Positions 35,482-48,838 of a stretch of DNA of 64,000 nucleotides are shown in pieces. The stretch comes from a cyanobacterium endosymbiont of Rhopalodia gibba (GTDB lineage Bacteria > Cyanobacteriota > Cyanobacteriia > Cyanobacteriales > Microcystaceae): assembly GCA_045159875.1 (NCBI GenBank), contig CP067995.1, forward strand, positions 1,248,001-1,312,000, in the 5' to 3' direction. Made by a program: the position numbers and the translations under genes. The notes under the pieces are model-generated. The model was not told where the DNA came from, did no database searches, and worked only from the letters and a program-made list of their open reading frames with translations. Position 1 is the first letter of the stretch; the number at the start of each line of letters is the position of its first letter.

Positions 35482-37788
35482 CTAAACTTTTAACTGTCTT
35501 TCAATTGCTGTTGACCAGGGTTTAAGCATTTGTTTGATGTCTAAGTTGACCAAAGACAAGTTATCAGAAACAGTGATGCTTAGACTCTTGGCAGAAGTTT
35601 GACCTATTTTTTTCCAATTTCTACTTAAATTTTGATTGAAATAGCTTTCCAATTTATTTTGATTTATGGGGCTAACAGAAACAATTATTTGACCAGTTAC
35701 TTCTCCAAACAATAACTCATCAAGTCGTTTTTCATCTTCCACTTCTAGGAAAATCTTTGCTCCTAATTTACCACTCATGCAACATTCTGCCAAGGCGACA
35801 CCTAGTCCACCTTCTGAACAATCATGAGCAGATTTTACCCAACCTTGACGAATGGCATTACGGCATACTTTTTGTACTAATATTTCAGTATCAATGTTTA
35901 CTTTGGGTGGCTTCCCTGCTACTATCCCGTGGGAGCTAGCTAAATATTCTGACCCCCCTAAGGTAGGCTTATTTTCTATTCCTAAAACATAAATTAAATC
36001 CCCTACTTTCTGCCACCCTTGACTACATATTTTTGTGATGTCAGGAATTAATCCCACCATTCCTATGACTGGAGTAGGATAAATAGGTTGAGGTTTTCCG
36101 GCAGAATCAAGGGTTTCATTGTAAAGGGAAACATTTCCCCCAGTCACCGGAGTATTTAAATCTCGACAAGCTTCAGAAATACCTTCACAAGCTAAAGCTA
36201 ATTGCCAATATCCAGTAGGATTTTCAGGACTACCAAAATTGAGATTATCCGTAACGGCTAAAGGTTCTGCCCCCACACAACTTAAATTTCTAGCAGCCTC
36301 AGCTACGGCTGCTTTTGCCCCTTCGTAGGGGTCAAGATAAACATAACGGGAATTACAGTCAGTTGTAGCTGCAATCCCAATTTTACAGGTGTTTGGGTTT
36401 GCTTCAATAGGACGAATACGAATTATCGCCGCATCAGCCTCTCCAGGCAAGAGCACAGTATTATTCTGAACCTGGTGATCATATTGACGATAGACCCATT
36501 TTTTTGAGGCAATAGTGGAAGTATCTAATAAGTCTAAAAGAATTTCATTCCAGGTCTTTAATTGACCGTTAATCTCAATCCCATTTACTGTGCAATCAGG
36601 TAAATTTTTAGCCGTCCACTGCCAAGCTCTCTGGGCATACTCAGGGGGATTCTCCGGTAATTTTCGATAATAAATAGGAGTATCCTTGGCTAAGGCCTTA
36701 GCTGGAATTTCAGCAGCAATTTCTCCTTTAAATAATATCCTAACAATGGGTTCGCTAATAACGGTTCCAGCAACCACTGCTTCAAGTTCCCAACGGTGAA
36801 AAATATTAATTAATTCTTGTTCCCTACCTTTTTGGGCAACAAATAACATCCTTTCTTGGGACTCTGACAACAAGTATTCATAGGGAGTCATTCCAGTTTC
36901 TCGTACAGGAATTTTATCTAAGTCTAATTCAATTCCCACCGCTCCATTAGCTGCCATCTCTGAAGTGGAACAGGTAATTCCTGCTGCTCCCATATCTTGG
37001 GCTGCGACAACTGCACCAGTTTTAAAAGCTTCTAAACAGGCTTCAATTAAAGATTTTTCTAAAAAAGGATCTCCAACCTGTACTGCAGGGCGATTATCCA
37101 TAGATTGGCCCGTCAGTTCTGCACTAGCAAAACTCGCTCCTCCCATGCCATCTCTTCCAGTAGTTGAACCGACGTATAAAACTGGGTTGCCAATGCCTGA
37201 TGCCCCGGATTTAATGATTTCGGAAGTTTCCATCAACCCCAGGGCCATAGTGTTAACTAGAGGATTGCCCCTATAAGCAGTATCAAAATAAATTTCACCT
37301 CCGATAGTAGGAACTCCAACTGCATTAGCATAATGAGAAATTCCTTCAACTACCCGGACAAATAATCTTCGGGTTTTGGCGTCTTCCAAATTACCAAAGC
37401 GCAGAGAGTTCAAACAAGCTATAGGACGTGCTCCTATTGTAAAGATGTCTCTGAGGATACCACCAACCCCTGTGGCTGCCCCTTGAAAAGGCTCAACCGC
37501 AGAGGGATGGTTATGGGATTCAATTTTAAAGGCTAATTGTAGTCCATCCTCTAAATTTACGACCCCTGCATTTTCTCCTGGCCCAACGAGAATGCGATTA
37601 CCTTTTGTGGGGAATTGTTTTAGCAAGGCGCGAGAATTTTTATAGCAACAGTGTTCTGACCACATGACCCCAAACATTCCTAATTCCGTCCTGTTAGGGT
37701 GGCGCCCTAGTCTTTGAACAATTTCTTCATATTCTTGGGGTTTAATACCTTCTGCGGCGATTTCTTCTGAGTCAAAGGGGTTAATCAT
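35482..37788 (-). CDS. purL: Phosphoribosylformylglycinamidine synthase subunit PurL (small type)
   Basis: [42 protein letters not shown] at 37788 preferred. Confidence 0.98.
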   Translation of the reverse strand: MINPFDSEEIAAEGIKPQEYEEIVQRLGRHPNRTELGMFGVMWSEHCCYKNSRALLKQFPTKGNRILVGPGENAGVVNLEDGLQLAFKIESHNHPSAVEPFQGAATGVGGILRDIFTIGARPIACLNSLRFGNLEDAKTRRLFVRVVEGISHYANAVGVPTIGGEIYFDTAYRGNPLVNTMALGLMETSEIIKSGASGIGNPVLYVGSTTGRDGMGGASFASAELTGQSMDNRPAVQVGDPFLEKSLIEACLEAFKTGAVVAAQDMGAAGITCSTSEMAANGAVGIELDLDKIPVRETGMTPYEYLLSESQERMLFVAQKGREQELINIFHRWELEAVVAGTVISEPIVRILFKGEIAAEIPAKALAKDTPIYYRKLPENPPEYAQRAWQWTAKNLPDCTVNGIEINGQLKTWNEILLDLLDTSTIASKKWVYRQYDHQVQNNTVLLPGEADAAIIRIRPIEANPNTCKIGIAATTDCNSRYVYLDPYEGAKAAVAEAARNLSCVGAEPLAVTDNLNFGSPENPTGYWQLALACEGISEACRDLNTPVTGGNVSLYNETLDSAGKPQPIYPTPVIGMVGLIPDITKICSQGWQKVGDLIYVLGIENKPTLGGSEYLASSHGIVAGKPPKVNIDTEILVQKVCRNAIRQGWVKSAHDCSEGGLGVALAECCMSGKLGAKIFLEVEDEKRLDELLFGEVTGQIIVSVSPINQNKLESYFNQNLSRNWKKIGQTSAKSLSITVSDNLSLVNLDIKQMLKPWSTAIERQLKV

Positions 37789-38412
37789 AGAGGACTGCTT
37801 AGGAGAACAGGGGTAATGGTGAGACAAATAGATATCACCGTTTAGAACTTGCCAGCAGGATTAATCACTGGTCATTTAGTTTAAACTCATTTGTTCGTTA
37901 TTGTTTAATTTTCTAGTTTAAAATTTCTATTACTCTGTTTGAAACAAAAATAGTAAAATTTTTCTAAACAAGAATCACAACAATGTATAACTGATGATGT
38001 ATATTAATATGATACATTATCAATTACCGCAGTCATATTATAATTAATAGTGCTAAACTTTGTATGGCTGATGTGCCATAGTGACGCCATTGATATTTTT
38101 AGCTGGATAGAAATAGATTTCTCTTTTAAAGAACTGTTAGTAGATTTTATTGTCATAAATATATGAAGATATATAAGTCTAATTGTCTGTTACTGCTTTG
38201 TGTTTTTTATTTAAGCAGTTATTTTTTATAGAATTGCTACTTGAAAATTCAAAAATTACTTAAGTTGTTAAAATTTGCATTTACACGTAAAGGACTAATA
38301 TTATTTTTTTTACTCCAAGAGAAGCAACTGAATTAGTAATCAAAAAAACTAGAATTCTAGAAGCTGAGTAACAATAAGTGTTATAAAATGAAACTTATTG
38401 TTACTCAGAGAT

Positions 38413-38454
38413 TAAACAGCTTTAGCAAAAAAAATTTTTTGCTAAAGCTGTTTA
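38413..38454. repeat. Perfect inverted repeat, 20-bp arms
   Basis: TAAACAGCTTTAGCAAAAAA-aa-TTTTTTGCTAAAGCTGTTTA. Confidence 0.95.
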
Positions 38455-38918
38455 CTTAGATTCATCCATAAGAAATGTCTCTAATTTAATAGAGAAAGGC
38501 TTTAAGATTTGACTTTTTTTAAGTAGATTTATGATAAGTTTTATAAAAAAACATTACATACCACTTATTAAAAAATAAGGACAATAAATTGAAATCTGCT
38601 AAAAAAGTATATACAGTAGGGGAAAGAATATTCTAAAAAGAGCATTACAGTTGTACTACTAAACTTACTAAAAAGTTTATCATCTAGTGTATCCAAAAAG
38701 AATTAACGTAAAAATTACTGAAATAAATAAGTTTTTAAAATATAGTTAGATCCAGGTTTATAACCTACGAAGATATTAGAGATAAATTATGTTCACGTTA
38801 ATATAAATTCTAAAAATTAGATCAATATTTTCACTTCAGAAAGAATATAGAATACTTGAAAGCCGAAAAACTAAATACAGAGAGAAAAGTAGTAACTTTT
38901 GATAGAAAGTATCTGTGA

Positions 38919-39752
<834 letters not shown>

Positions 39753-39859
39753 GAAATAGTTGATAATTAATAGTTACCAGTTGTCAGCAATGCGGTGACT
39801 GGTTAATTTAGTATTAAACAACAAATCTATGATAAAAGGACGCCTAAGTTAATTGATGA

Positions 39860-40300
39860 TGATAAAAAAAGAGAAACAGCACAAATTATACACTTCGCCA
39901 ATGAGGAAGGACATGTTACTTTAATCTTTAATGGAGAAGGGAATCAACTTGGGCGCTTCTTAGATAGATATAAATACAGTTATTTCTAATAAAATGGAGA
40001 TAATGGTATGAATCGGGTTTTAGAGGATATTTATAGAAATAATATGGTGTATCATTGACAGTAATAGAGAGGTTATTAATGATGTTGCCTACGATAGACT
40101 TAGTCAGATAACTTCTGAGACGGATAGTAATGTTAGTTTTCAGTTTAGATATAGAGAACAGGAGTTAGATCAAGAGATAAGACTTTATTATTATCGTATG
40201 CGGTTTTTATGAATCTAAAACGAAACAATTTATTAGTGAAGATTCCATCGGGTTTAGAAGTGTAGATATGAATCCATATCAAAATCCCTGATTCTAGCGA
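39860..40300 (+). pseudogene. RHS repeat-associated core fragment
   Basis: VINDVAYDRLSQITSETDSNVSFQFRYREQELDQEIRLYYYRMRF, then QFISEDSIGF...MNPY (cf. RHS core FGYTGRE.D.ETGLYYYRAR...RFISEDPIGF). Confidence 0.8.
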
Positions 40301-40632
40301 GCCTGTACTGTCAAAATTGAAAATATAAAGACAAAGTTTAATTATCAATAATAGGCATGTAAAAATATGTAATTTGTTTATACTAAACTCCATAATTTTT
40401 ACTTAATTGATACCTATAGCACTAAATACTTAACTTAATTTAGTTGGAATAGAAACCATAACATAATACTTTATATGTAATAACTATAGCTATGTAATAA
40501 CTATGGTTCTTTATGAGCTTATGATAGACAATCTAAGTCTGTCTGTATATTTTGTTTTTTATAGAAAAGGTTGTGTAAAATTTAATAAATAAAAATTTAA
40601 AGTTTTGCTCCACAAAGTTAAAATTAAGAGCT

Positions 40633-40668
40633 CTAAAAGTTAAAATAAATATCTATTTTAACTTTTAG
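40633..40668 (-). terminator. 15-bp perfect hairpin downstream of clpB
   Basis: CTAAAAGTTAAAATA-aatatc-TATTTTAACTTTTAG, about 55 nt after the clpB stop; terminator role is inferred. Confidence 0.55.
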
Positions 40669-40722
40669 CTTTTGATTTTTATTATGTAGAGTAGATATTA
40701 CCCACTCTATAAGTTAGACTGT

Positions 40723-43332
40723 TTACTTCTTATCAGACAAACGTTTAAACGTCAGTCGTTCATTTTCTAAATCGACAAAAATAGTATCTCCTTCTTTAAA
40801 TTCTCCCCGCAAAATTGACTTAGCTATTGCAGTTTCTAAATATTTTTGGATTGCTCGTTTTAAGGGTCTTGCACCATACACTGGATCGTAGCCCATTTCT
40901 ACCAGAAAATCTAAAGCTAATTCCGATAGTTTCAGACTAATTTTTTGCTCAGCTAATCTTGTTTTTAATAACTGAATCTGCATGTCAACAATTTTTTGTA
41001 ATTGAAACTTCTGCAATCCGTGGAAGATAATAATTTCATCGATACGATTAAGAAATTCAGGACGAAAACTATGACTCATTGCATCCATCACACGAGAACG
41101 CATTTCTTCATAACGAGAATCATCTCCAGCCACATCTAAAATGTATTGTGAGCCAATATTACTGGTCATGATAATAATGGTATTCTTAAAATCTACCACA
41201 TGACCTTGAGCGTCAGTTAATCGCCCATCATCGAGAATTTGTAACATGACATTAAAAACATCATTATGGGCTTTCTCGATTTCATCAAATAGAATTACAG
41301 AGTAAGGACGACGACGAATAACTTCAGTTAATTGTCCTCCTTCATCATAGCCAACATACCCCGGAGGTGCACCCATTAAACGGGATACTGTATGTTTCTC
41401 CATATATTCAGACATGTCGATACGAACTAAGGCTTCTTCCGTATCAAAAAGATTCTCGGATAATGCCTTGGCTAATTCCGTTTTACCGACTCCTGTAGGA
41501 CCAAGAAAAATAAAACTTGCAGTAGGGCGGTTAGGATCAGAAAGTCCAGCGCGAGAACGTTGAATAGCTTCTGAAACAGCAGTTACAGCCTCTTCTTGTC
41601 CAATTAATCGTTTATGAATTTCATCTTCTAAATAAAGTAATTTCTCTTTCTCTGATTCTACTAGCTTACTAATAGGAATTCCTGTCCATTTAGAAATAAT
41701 TTCAGCAATATCTGATTCTAAAACTTCTTCCCGTAATAAAGTTTTTCCAGTAGTTTGACGTTCTGCAATTTTTATTTCAAGTTCCTTAATTTGTTGTTGT
41801 AAATCTATTAGTTTTCCATATCGTAGTTCTGCTGCTTTATTAAGGTCATAATCTCGCTCTGCTTGTTGAATTTCTAGGTTTATTTGATCGATAGTTTCTT
41901 TTGTCTTACTAATTTCATCAATAACTTCTTTTTCTGATTGCCATTGAGCATTAAGTTGGGACTGTTCTTCTTTTAAAACTGCAAGTTCTTTATCAAGTTT
42001 TTCCAACCTTTCTAGAGAAACAGTATCTACCTCTTTTTGTAAAGATAATCGTTCCATTTCTAACTGAATAACTTTGCGATCTACTTCATCTAATTCTTCT
42101 GGTTTAGAAGTAATTTCTATCTTTAATTTAGCGGCTGACTCATCTACTAGGTCAATAGCTTTATCTGGTAAAAAACGATCACTAATATAACGGTTAGATA
42201 ACATGGCCGCAGCAACTAAAGCAGTATCGGCAATTTTGACCCCGTGATGGACTTCATAACGTTCTTTAAGCCCCCGTAAAATAGAAATGGTATCGACTAC
42301 ATTTGGTTCGTCAACTATGACCTCTTGAAAACGCCGTTCTAAAGCAGCATCTTTTTCGATATACTTACGATATTCGTCGAGGGTTGTTGCCCCAATACAG
42401 CGCAATTTTCCCCGTGCTAACTTGGGTTTTAAGAGGTTCCCTGCATCCATAGCTCCTTGAGTTGCTCCCGCTCCGACGACGGTGTGAATTTCATCAATGA
42501 ACATGATAATCTCTCCTTGAGAATCTGTAACTTCTTTGAGAACTGCTTTAAGACGTTCTTCAAATTCTCCACGGTATTTTGCCCCGGCAATTAATGCTCC
42601 CATGTCTAAGGCAATTAACTTTCGATCTCGCAAAGATTCAGGGACATCACGGCTAATAATTCGTTGTGCCAACCCTTCAACAATAGCAGTTTTACCAACT
42701 CCAGGTTCCCCAATTAAGACAGGGTTATTTTTAGTTCGACGAGAAAGAATTTGAATAGTTCGACGGATTTCATCATCTCGTCCAATAACAGGATCAAGTT
42801 TACCTTCTCGCGCTAATTGAGTTAAATCTCGACCATATTTTTCTAACGATTCGTATGTCTCTTCAGGGTTTTGGCTAGTCACTTTTTGATTTCCTCTGAC
42901 TTGTTGAATACTCTCTTTTAATTTAGTTTCATTGAGACCAAATTCTTGTAGTAAAGTCTGACCGAAACGGTCATCTTTAGCATAAGCTAACAGCAAATGC
43001 TCAACAGAAATATAATTATCTCCGAAGTCTTTACGAAATTGTTCAGCCCTGTCAAGAAGACTATCTAGACTCCGTCCTAAGTAAATAGACTTGCCAAGGT
43101 TAGATACTTTGGGTTGACGATGGATAAATTCTTCGGTTTGGTCTCGCAGACGTTGAATACTAATATGCGCTTTATTAAAGACGCTGATAGTTAACCCTTC
43201 TAGTTCGAGAAGAGATGCCATCAGGTGTTCACTTTCAATTTGTTGATGACTATATTGTTTAGCAATATCGGGAGTTCGGACAATAGCCTCCCATGCCTTT
43301 TCTGTAAATTGATTAGGATTAGTCGGTTGCAT
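40723..43332 (-). CDS. clpB: ATP-dependent chaperone ClpB
   Basis: Two AAA+ domains ([16 protein letters not shown]), long M-domain coiled coil, GAPPGYVGY. Confidence 0.98.
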   Translation of the reverse strand: MQPTNPNQFTEKAWEAIVRTPDIAKQYSHQQIESEHLMASLLELEGLTISVFNKAHISIQRLRDQTEEFIHRQPKVSNLGKSIYLGRSLDSLLDRAEQFRKDFGDNYISVEHLLLAYAKDDRFGQTLLQEFGLNETKLKESIQQVRGNQKVTSQNPEETYESLEKYGRDLTQLAREGKLDPVIGRDDEIRRTIQILSRRTKNNPVLIGEPGVGKTAIVEGLAQRIISRDVPESLRDRKLIALDMGALIAGAKYRGEFEERLKAVLKEVTDSQGEIIMFIDEIHTVVGAGATQGAMDAGNLLKPKLARGKLRCIGATTLDEYRKYIEKDAALERRFQEVIVDEPNVVDTISILRGLKERYEVHHGVKIADTALVAAAMLSNRYISDRFLPDKAIDLVDESAAKLKIEITSKPEELDEVDRKVIQLEMERLSLQKEVDTVSLERLEKLDKELAVLKEEQSQLNAQWQSEKEVIDEISKTKETIDQINLEIQQAERDYDLNKAAELRYGKLIDLQQQIKELEIKIAERQTTGKTLLREEVLESDIAEIISKWTGIPISKLVESEKEKLLYLEDEIHKRLIGQEEAVTAVSEAIQRSRAGLSDPNRPTASFIFLGPTGVGKTELAKALSENLFDTEEALVRIDMSEYMEKHTVSRLMGAPPGYVGYDEGGQLTEVIRRRPYSVILFDEIEKAHNDVFNVMLQILDDGRLTDAQGHVVDFKNTIIIMTSNIGSQYILDVAGDDSRYEEMRSRVMDAMSHSFRPEFLNRIDEIIIFHGLQKFQLQKIVDMQIQLLKTRLAEQKISLKLSELALDFLVEMGYDPVYGARPLKRAIQKYLETAIAKSILRGEFKEGDTIFVDLENERLTFKRLSDKK

Positions 43333-44484
43333 TGTTTAGGAGCAAGTGTATTGTGAAGTCACATCAAACATTGTAAGTGCGATAAATTTTTAAGTTAAGA
43401 GGGTTAACCCTACTATTTATGGTTGGGTTTGTATGAGTGATATTCAAGACAAATTGACTTCTAAACAGCTAAAACAACTAGCTGATCTTTTTAAAAAATA
43501 TGTCTACACATATTAAATATAAAATAAGAAACTATTTTTCTTGAAGAGAGTAACTAATTATTTTCTGTGTAAGTAGTGTTATTAGACTTGGATAAAGCAA
43601 TTAAACTTAGTTGTAAGAAATAATTGAAATGACAAGGGGAGAGAAGACATCTAAAGTCATGAAAAAAAATACATAAAAAGATATAAAAAAGCTAAAATAA
43701 AAAAATAAGAATATAAAAAAAAATTAAATAAAATACTTTTAGATAAAAACAAGAGTAGATATGGTGATTTATTCTAGATTAGTTATTTAAAAACTAAACT
43801 TATTTTTTTGCCTTATAAAGTCTTTAATGTCAAAAAAAAATGTAAGTTAAGCTTGTAAAGTAAAAAGAAACATTGATAACAAGAGTTTTGGGAGTCATCA
43901 ACTATTGATTTATCGTACTTTTTCTAAAAGAGGTATTTATTTTTAAGCAAAATAAATACAATTTAAACCAAGAGTAATATTTAAATTAAACCAGGTGTGT
44001 AGAACATCATCGATTTTCTCAAAAATTTACTAAGTTAAAACGAATTTAGAAAGATTTTCAAGAAAAAACTAAATCAGGTATTGGGATTATTTCAATTTGC
44101 TGGTTGGTATCGAAAATATTATTAGTTGTACCTAACTGTAGAATAATCAGGTGTTAAATTGGAGTAATCACTTCTTGTCCTGGCAAAAGACAACTCAATA
44201 GATAGTAAAAGTTGTTAATAATAAATTAAAGATTATTAAGAGGAGAGCTTATTGGTTTATAGATAGATTTTGTAAGTTTTTAGCCACGAAATTTTAAATT
44301 TAGTATTTAACTAGCTAATTCTACATCCTAAGTTAGGTTTAACTATTTATTTTGAATTTATTATCGTTCTATAAATTTAAAATAATAAATTGGTTCGTCT
44401 GAAAAATTTATTATTTTTTTTGTAAATATCTTTTTAGGACTATTAATTTTTTATCAGTTTTTTTTATTATTCGACTCATTTTAA

Positions 44485-44691
44485 TTAACGGCTAAATTTT
44501 TGGGCTTGAGCAACCAGTCCGGCACTCACATAACGGCCGTAATTATCGAGACGATTTTGTTGAGCAGCACGAAAAGGAGATACAAAAGTATCAACTAAAC
44601 CAGAACTCATCATCATGACAGTAGCCGCGAGAATGATATAGTTACGAATAACGATGACGTTTTCGTTAACAGTAGTTGTTTTGGTAAACAT
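44485..44691 (-). CDS. Small hypothetical protein with one hydrophobic segment (68 aa)
   Basis: Intact ORF, more GC-rich than the surrounding desert, with an AAAGGAG RBS. Confidence 0.75.
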   Translation of the reverse strand: MFTKTTTVNENVIVIRNYIILAATVMMMSSGLVDTFVSPFRAAQQNRLDNYGRYVSAGLVAQAQKFSR

Positions 44692-44955
44692 CTTGGTGGT
44701 TGCTCCTTTGTGTAGACGCCTTTACTATATAGGAAACAAATTGGTGATGTCAGTCCCAAAACCCTGCATATCGGGGGTCGTAGTCGTTCCCCTTTTCTTC
44801 TTAGAAGTGGAATTAAGTAGAAATTTTTCTATCCTTAATATAATTCCCCTACCTATATAAGAGGTTTTAGAAGCCTTCCATTGACAAAGAGTATTCAAGA
44901 TGAAGACATCGCTATCATCGGAGCAGTCCGTACTACTATACTGATTTAATATGAG

Positions 44956-45594
44956 ATGACTATGAAATCATTGTTTATTGTATTAGAAGGAATTGACAAG
45001 GCAGGGAAGTCAACTCAAGCAGAATTATTAAAGAACTATTTTCTTGCTCACCAACAACAAGCTGTTATTAGCTCTGAACCTACTGATGGGCCAATTGGTA
45101 GATTAATTCGTGAAGCTATGCAAAGTAAAATCATTGCAATTAAACAGAAAGAAAGCTTTGATGAACAAATGGCTTATTTATTTACAGCCGATAGGCATTA
45201 TCATTTATTTAACGACATAAATGGAGTTTACAAATTAATTAATGAAGACCATACTCATGTCGTAGCAACTCGTTATTATTTTTCATCTTTAGCTTATAAC
45301 TGCGATACTCAAAACGAGTTTGCTTTTGTAGCAACACTAAACCAAAGATTTCCTGATCCTGATGTAGTTTTTTATATCGATATTCCCTTAGAAATAGCAG
45401 TATCTAGACTTAACAATTATTCTATAAAAGAAATATATGAGACAGAGAAAAAACTTAGAAAAGTCAGGCATAACTACGAGAATTTTTTTGAAAATTATGA
45501 AGGAAAAATATTAAAATTAGATGGGACTGAATATATAGAAGAAATACATAAAAAAATTGTAACTTATCTTGAAGAAACTTTTAGTAGTTTTTAA
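44956..45594 (+). CDS. tmk: Thymidylate (dTMP) kinase
   Basis: P-loop FIVLEGIDKAGKSTQ, LFTADR, RYYFSSLAY, PDVVFYID. Confidence 0.93.
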   Translation: MTMKSLFIVLEGIDKAGKSTQAELLKNYFLAHQQQAVISSEPTDGPIGRLIREAMQSKIIAIKQKESFDEQMAYLFTADRHYHLFNDINGVYKLINEDHTHVVATRYYFSSLAYNCDTQNEFAFVATLNQRFPDPDVVFYIDIPLEIAVSRLNNYSIKEIYETEKKLRKVRHNYENFFENYEGKILKLDGTEYIEEIHKKIVTYLEETFSSF

Positions 45595-45628
45595 CTGATG
45601 ATGTTATCTCAAACTGAATAATATAGAA

Positions 45629-46400
45629 TTAATTAGTGAAGCGCAAAACTAAAGCACTTTGAAGTTCAAAACTCCAAAATTTTCTTAGTCCATAAGATCT
45701 CTTTTTAGTAAACCTCAACTTGTTATTAATACCTTCCATTTTTTGATACAATAGGTAATATCTTCCCAATGCAACACCTAACCATCCTACTGTTTTTTTG
45801 CTACGATAAATTAGTTTTTAAATCCCCAAGCTAGTTTCAATAGTCCTAATACCTAGTTTTAAGTTTTTTAAAGACTTGATCTCAATTACTATTTAAATTA
45901 GTGTATTTTTGAGATAACTAGCGAGTTTTTATACACTTAATTTAAGTTAGCTTTTTTTATCTTTAAAAAGATAAAAAATATTTGTTCTTATTTACCATAA
46001 TTTTCTTCATTTTTGACTAGTATTTTAAGAGCTTTAGCTTCTATTTTAATTATTTTTCCTTAATTACCTAATTGAGCATTGACTTGTTTCATTGAATGGA
46101 ATACATTTTCTACTACTTCAGCTTATGATATTAATTGATATTTTTTTTAGCTCCATATTTCTATTTTTGATTTTAGTAAAAATATGTTTTTCAAAAATTT
46201 TTAGGTATTTTACTATTCATTTCCTCTAATTTTTTTATTTCTATAATTATTACGCTTACTTCCTGATTTAAGTCTAATAACACAACAAAATAACTTTTTG
46301 TTTCTTTAATTACAGCAATTTTATTAAATATTTACTATTTTTATATTTTTTTATCAACAATTATTAATCTAAATTTAAAAGTATTATTTTTCTTTATTAT
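45629..46400 (-). mobile_element. Degraded ISL3-family transposase
   Basis: Collinear fragments IAVIKETKSYFVVLLDLN (cf. DEIALVKG.GNYC.VLVDLD), FHSMKQVN (cf. DRFHVMKQVN) and MEGINNKLRFTKKRSYGLRKF (cf. EGINNKLKLIKR..YGFRNF). Confidence 0.8.
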
Positions 46401-46520
46401 TAACTTACTTTATTTGTCCTGTTTAAATTTTCAATATTATAATTGTAAATATTTTAAATTAAAATTTTTACAATTTATTTCTACTGGTAAAATGCAATAA
46501 ATATAAGTTGCTATTCAGTA

Positions 46521-46564
46521 TATTTACCACTTATTATTTGGTACCAAATAATAAGTGGTAAATA
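46521..46564. repeat. Perfect 44-bp palindrome with no loop
   Basis: TATTTACCACTTATTATTTGGT|ACCAAATAATAAGTGGTAAATA. Confidence 0.98.
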
Positions 46565-46813
46565 GTGAAATCTTCTATACTTAAAATATTATTTATTAAG
46601 CTAACTTAAGCATTTAATGCTATAGACATTCAGTCTAACTAAAGTACCAAACTTAACATAATTTAACTCAAAAATAAAACTTGCTAGAGTATTAGCTGTA
46701 TAATAATTACAGCTTTTTATAAGGCGATTGTTAGTAGTCAAACTTTGTCTCTATGTTATCATTTTTTATATGATAGGTTTATTAAAACCAAATTAATTAC
46801 TCATAATTAATTC

Positions 46814-48319
46814 ATGAGAATCACTCAATCAAAATATCAAGTTGAATATATTCCTCATTATCAACCTAATCAACTGATCTGTGGTTATGGACAGACTGCT
46901 ATCATTACTGGATGGACAGTTCGACAGTCAGTAGCTAAACGTTTAAACCCAGAAGACTATGCAGTTATTGGTAATTTGTATAGTCCTACTAGGGGAATTA
47001 GTCCATTAATTCGCAATTTATTAGCTAACCCTCATGTTCGGTATTTAGTGATTTTACAGGCAACAAAAGAAGATAAAAATGCTGGAGGATGTCAATGTTT
47101 ATTAGATTTCTTACAACAAGGTTTTAGAGAAGGAATCAGCGAGACAGGCAGGAATATATGGGTAGTCAATTCTAAGATCACCGGATATATTGACATTGAA
47201 ATTCCCGCTGATATCTCAGAGAATTTGCGTCAATCTCTAAAATACAAAGAAGCAAGATCAATTGAAGAAGTAATGAATATAATCCAAGAATTTAATCAAT
47301 TCAAAATAAAACCTTGGGGTAAACCGTTAATTTTTCCTGAAAGAGAAAATTATCCAACAGTTTTACCAGGTCCTAGATATGGTCATCGGATTGAAGGAAA
47401 AACTATTGCGGAAACCTGGATTAAAGTATTACATAGAATTAAAACAATAGGAACAATTAGACAAACAATGTATGGACAATGGCAAGAATTAATTGATCTA
47501 ATAACTATTGTTACCGATGAACCACCAGAGTTCTATTTCCCTGAACCTAATTATTTACCTATTAACAAAAATTTTCTTAAAGATTACATTGGACAAATAT
47601 TAGACGATGCACCCCAAAAAGAAGGGGTAAAATATACATACGGACAACGGTTAAGATCGTGGTTTGGAAAAGACCAAATTGAACAATTAATTAATAAATT
47701 GGTAGGAGATATTGACTCATCAAGAGCCGTCATGTCATTGTGGGATGTAAGCGATTATGAAGATAGTGATAGTCCTCCTTGTCTCAATCATATTTGGGTG
47801 AGAATTGTTGATAACGAATTATCCTTAACTGCTACATTTCGTAGTAATGATATGTTTTCTGCTTGGCCAGCTAATGCAATGGGATTAAGATTTTTACAGC
47901 AATTTATCCAAGATAAAATTATAAAAAAATCTAATTACAATCTAACTTTAGGTCCTCTAATTATTGTTAGTCAAAGTGCACATATTTATAGTGACTGCTG
48001 GGAACATACACAACGAATTATTGATACTGAATATACAAAAATCAATCAGAAAAAAAATTTTGATGACCCCAGTGGTAGCTTTTTAATTTCAGTTAAAGAT
48101 AATCGCATTATTGTTGAACATTTAACTCCAGGTTCAGGGGAAATTATCAACTGCTATTCAGGCAAACTTGCTCATCAACTGTATAAAAAAATTGCCTTAA
48201 ATTCCCCTAGTATTCAAATTGAACATGCGATGTATTTAGGGACAGAATTACAAAAAGCAGAATTGTGTCTAGTTAAAAAACTAAATTGTTATCAACAAGA
48301 TATACCACTAAGTTTTTAA
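46814..48319 (+). CDS. thyA: Thymidylate synthase (archaeal-like ThyA core) fused to N-terminal MtrA-like and C-terminal DUF4346-like domains
   Basis: TS motifs YTYGQRL, SSRAVMSLWD, PPC, FRSNDM...PAN and SAHIY; N-terminal IGNLYS..GI..LIRNLLANPHVRYLVI; C-terminal DPSGSFLI...EHAMYLGTELQKAE. Confidence 0.85.
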   Translation: MRITQSKYQVEYIPHYQPNQLICGYGQTAIITGWTVRQSVAKRLNPEDYAVIGNLYSPTRGISPLIRNLLANPHVRYLVILQATKEDKNAGGCQCLLDFLQQGFREGISETGRNIWVVNSKITGYIDIEIPADISENLRQSLKYKEARSIEEVMNIIQEFNQFKIKPWGKPLIFPERENYPTVLPGPRYGHRIEGKTIAETWIKVLHRIKTIGTIRQTMYGQWQELIDLITIVTDEPPEFYFPEPNYLPINKNFLKDYIGQILDDAPQKEGVKYTYGQRLRSWFGKDQIEQLINKLVGDIDSSRAVMSLWDVSDYEDSDSPPCLNHIWVRIVDNELSLTATFRSNDMFSAWPANAMGLRFLQQFIQDKIIKKSNYNLTLGPLIIVSQSAHIYSDCWEHTQRIIDTEYTKINQKKNFDDPSGSFLISVKDNRIIVEHLTPGSGEIINCYSGKLAHQLYKKIALNSPSIQIEHAMYLGTELQKAELCLVKKLNCYQQDIPLSF

Positions 48320-48442
48320 TCAAGAGAGATACATTATGCTATTCTCTTTATCAGAAAATATAATAGACTTTAAACAAATGAGTGAAATTCAGATGGCATT
48401 AATTGATATTCTTTGTCAGATATATTTTGTTTGAATAAATAA

Positions 48443-48482
48443 AAGTAACAACAAAAATTTTAAAAAATATTTGTTGTTACTT
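48443..48482. repeat. Inverted repeat, 13-bp perfect arms, between thyA and dut
   Basis: AAGTAACAACAAA...TTTGTTGTTACTT. Confidence 0.8.
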
Positions 48483-48838
48483 AGAGGAAATACTAATGCG
48501 ATCTTTAAAAAAATAGTGGTCATATAAATGTGTAAATAATTGGCAATATTCTGTTCTTAAGCATTTGAGTGTAATTTTACAAATCTTAAAAAATGGTTTA
48601 ATTTCAAAAACTTACCTTAAAGTTTTGATAAAACGATCAGATTGTAAAAAATATATAAGAGGAAAGAATCATGTACTTTCCAAAAGTTTTACAAGAATTT
48701 ATCCTTTTACTCTAAGACTAGAATTGTAGCCTCTGATTTCTTTTATAAAAATTAAAAGAATAAATAGTTACTTCTTTTAAAAATGATTATCATAAGGGAT
48801 GAAGACATATATCAAAAATGAAAAGGAAACGTGAGGAC

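Noticed and set aside
44899..44935. DEDIAIIGAVRT peptide echo upstream of tmk
   Set aside because: Too short to assign (oxidoreductase or thiolase start equally possible)
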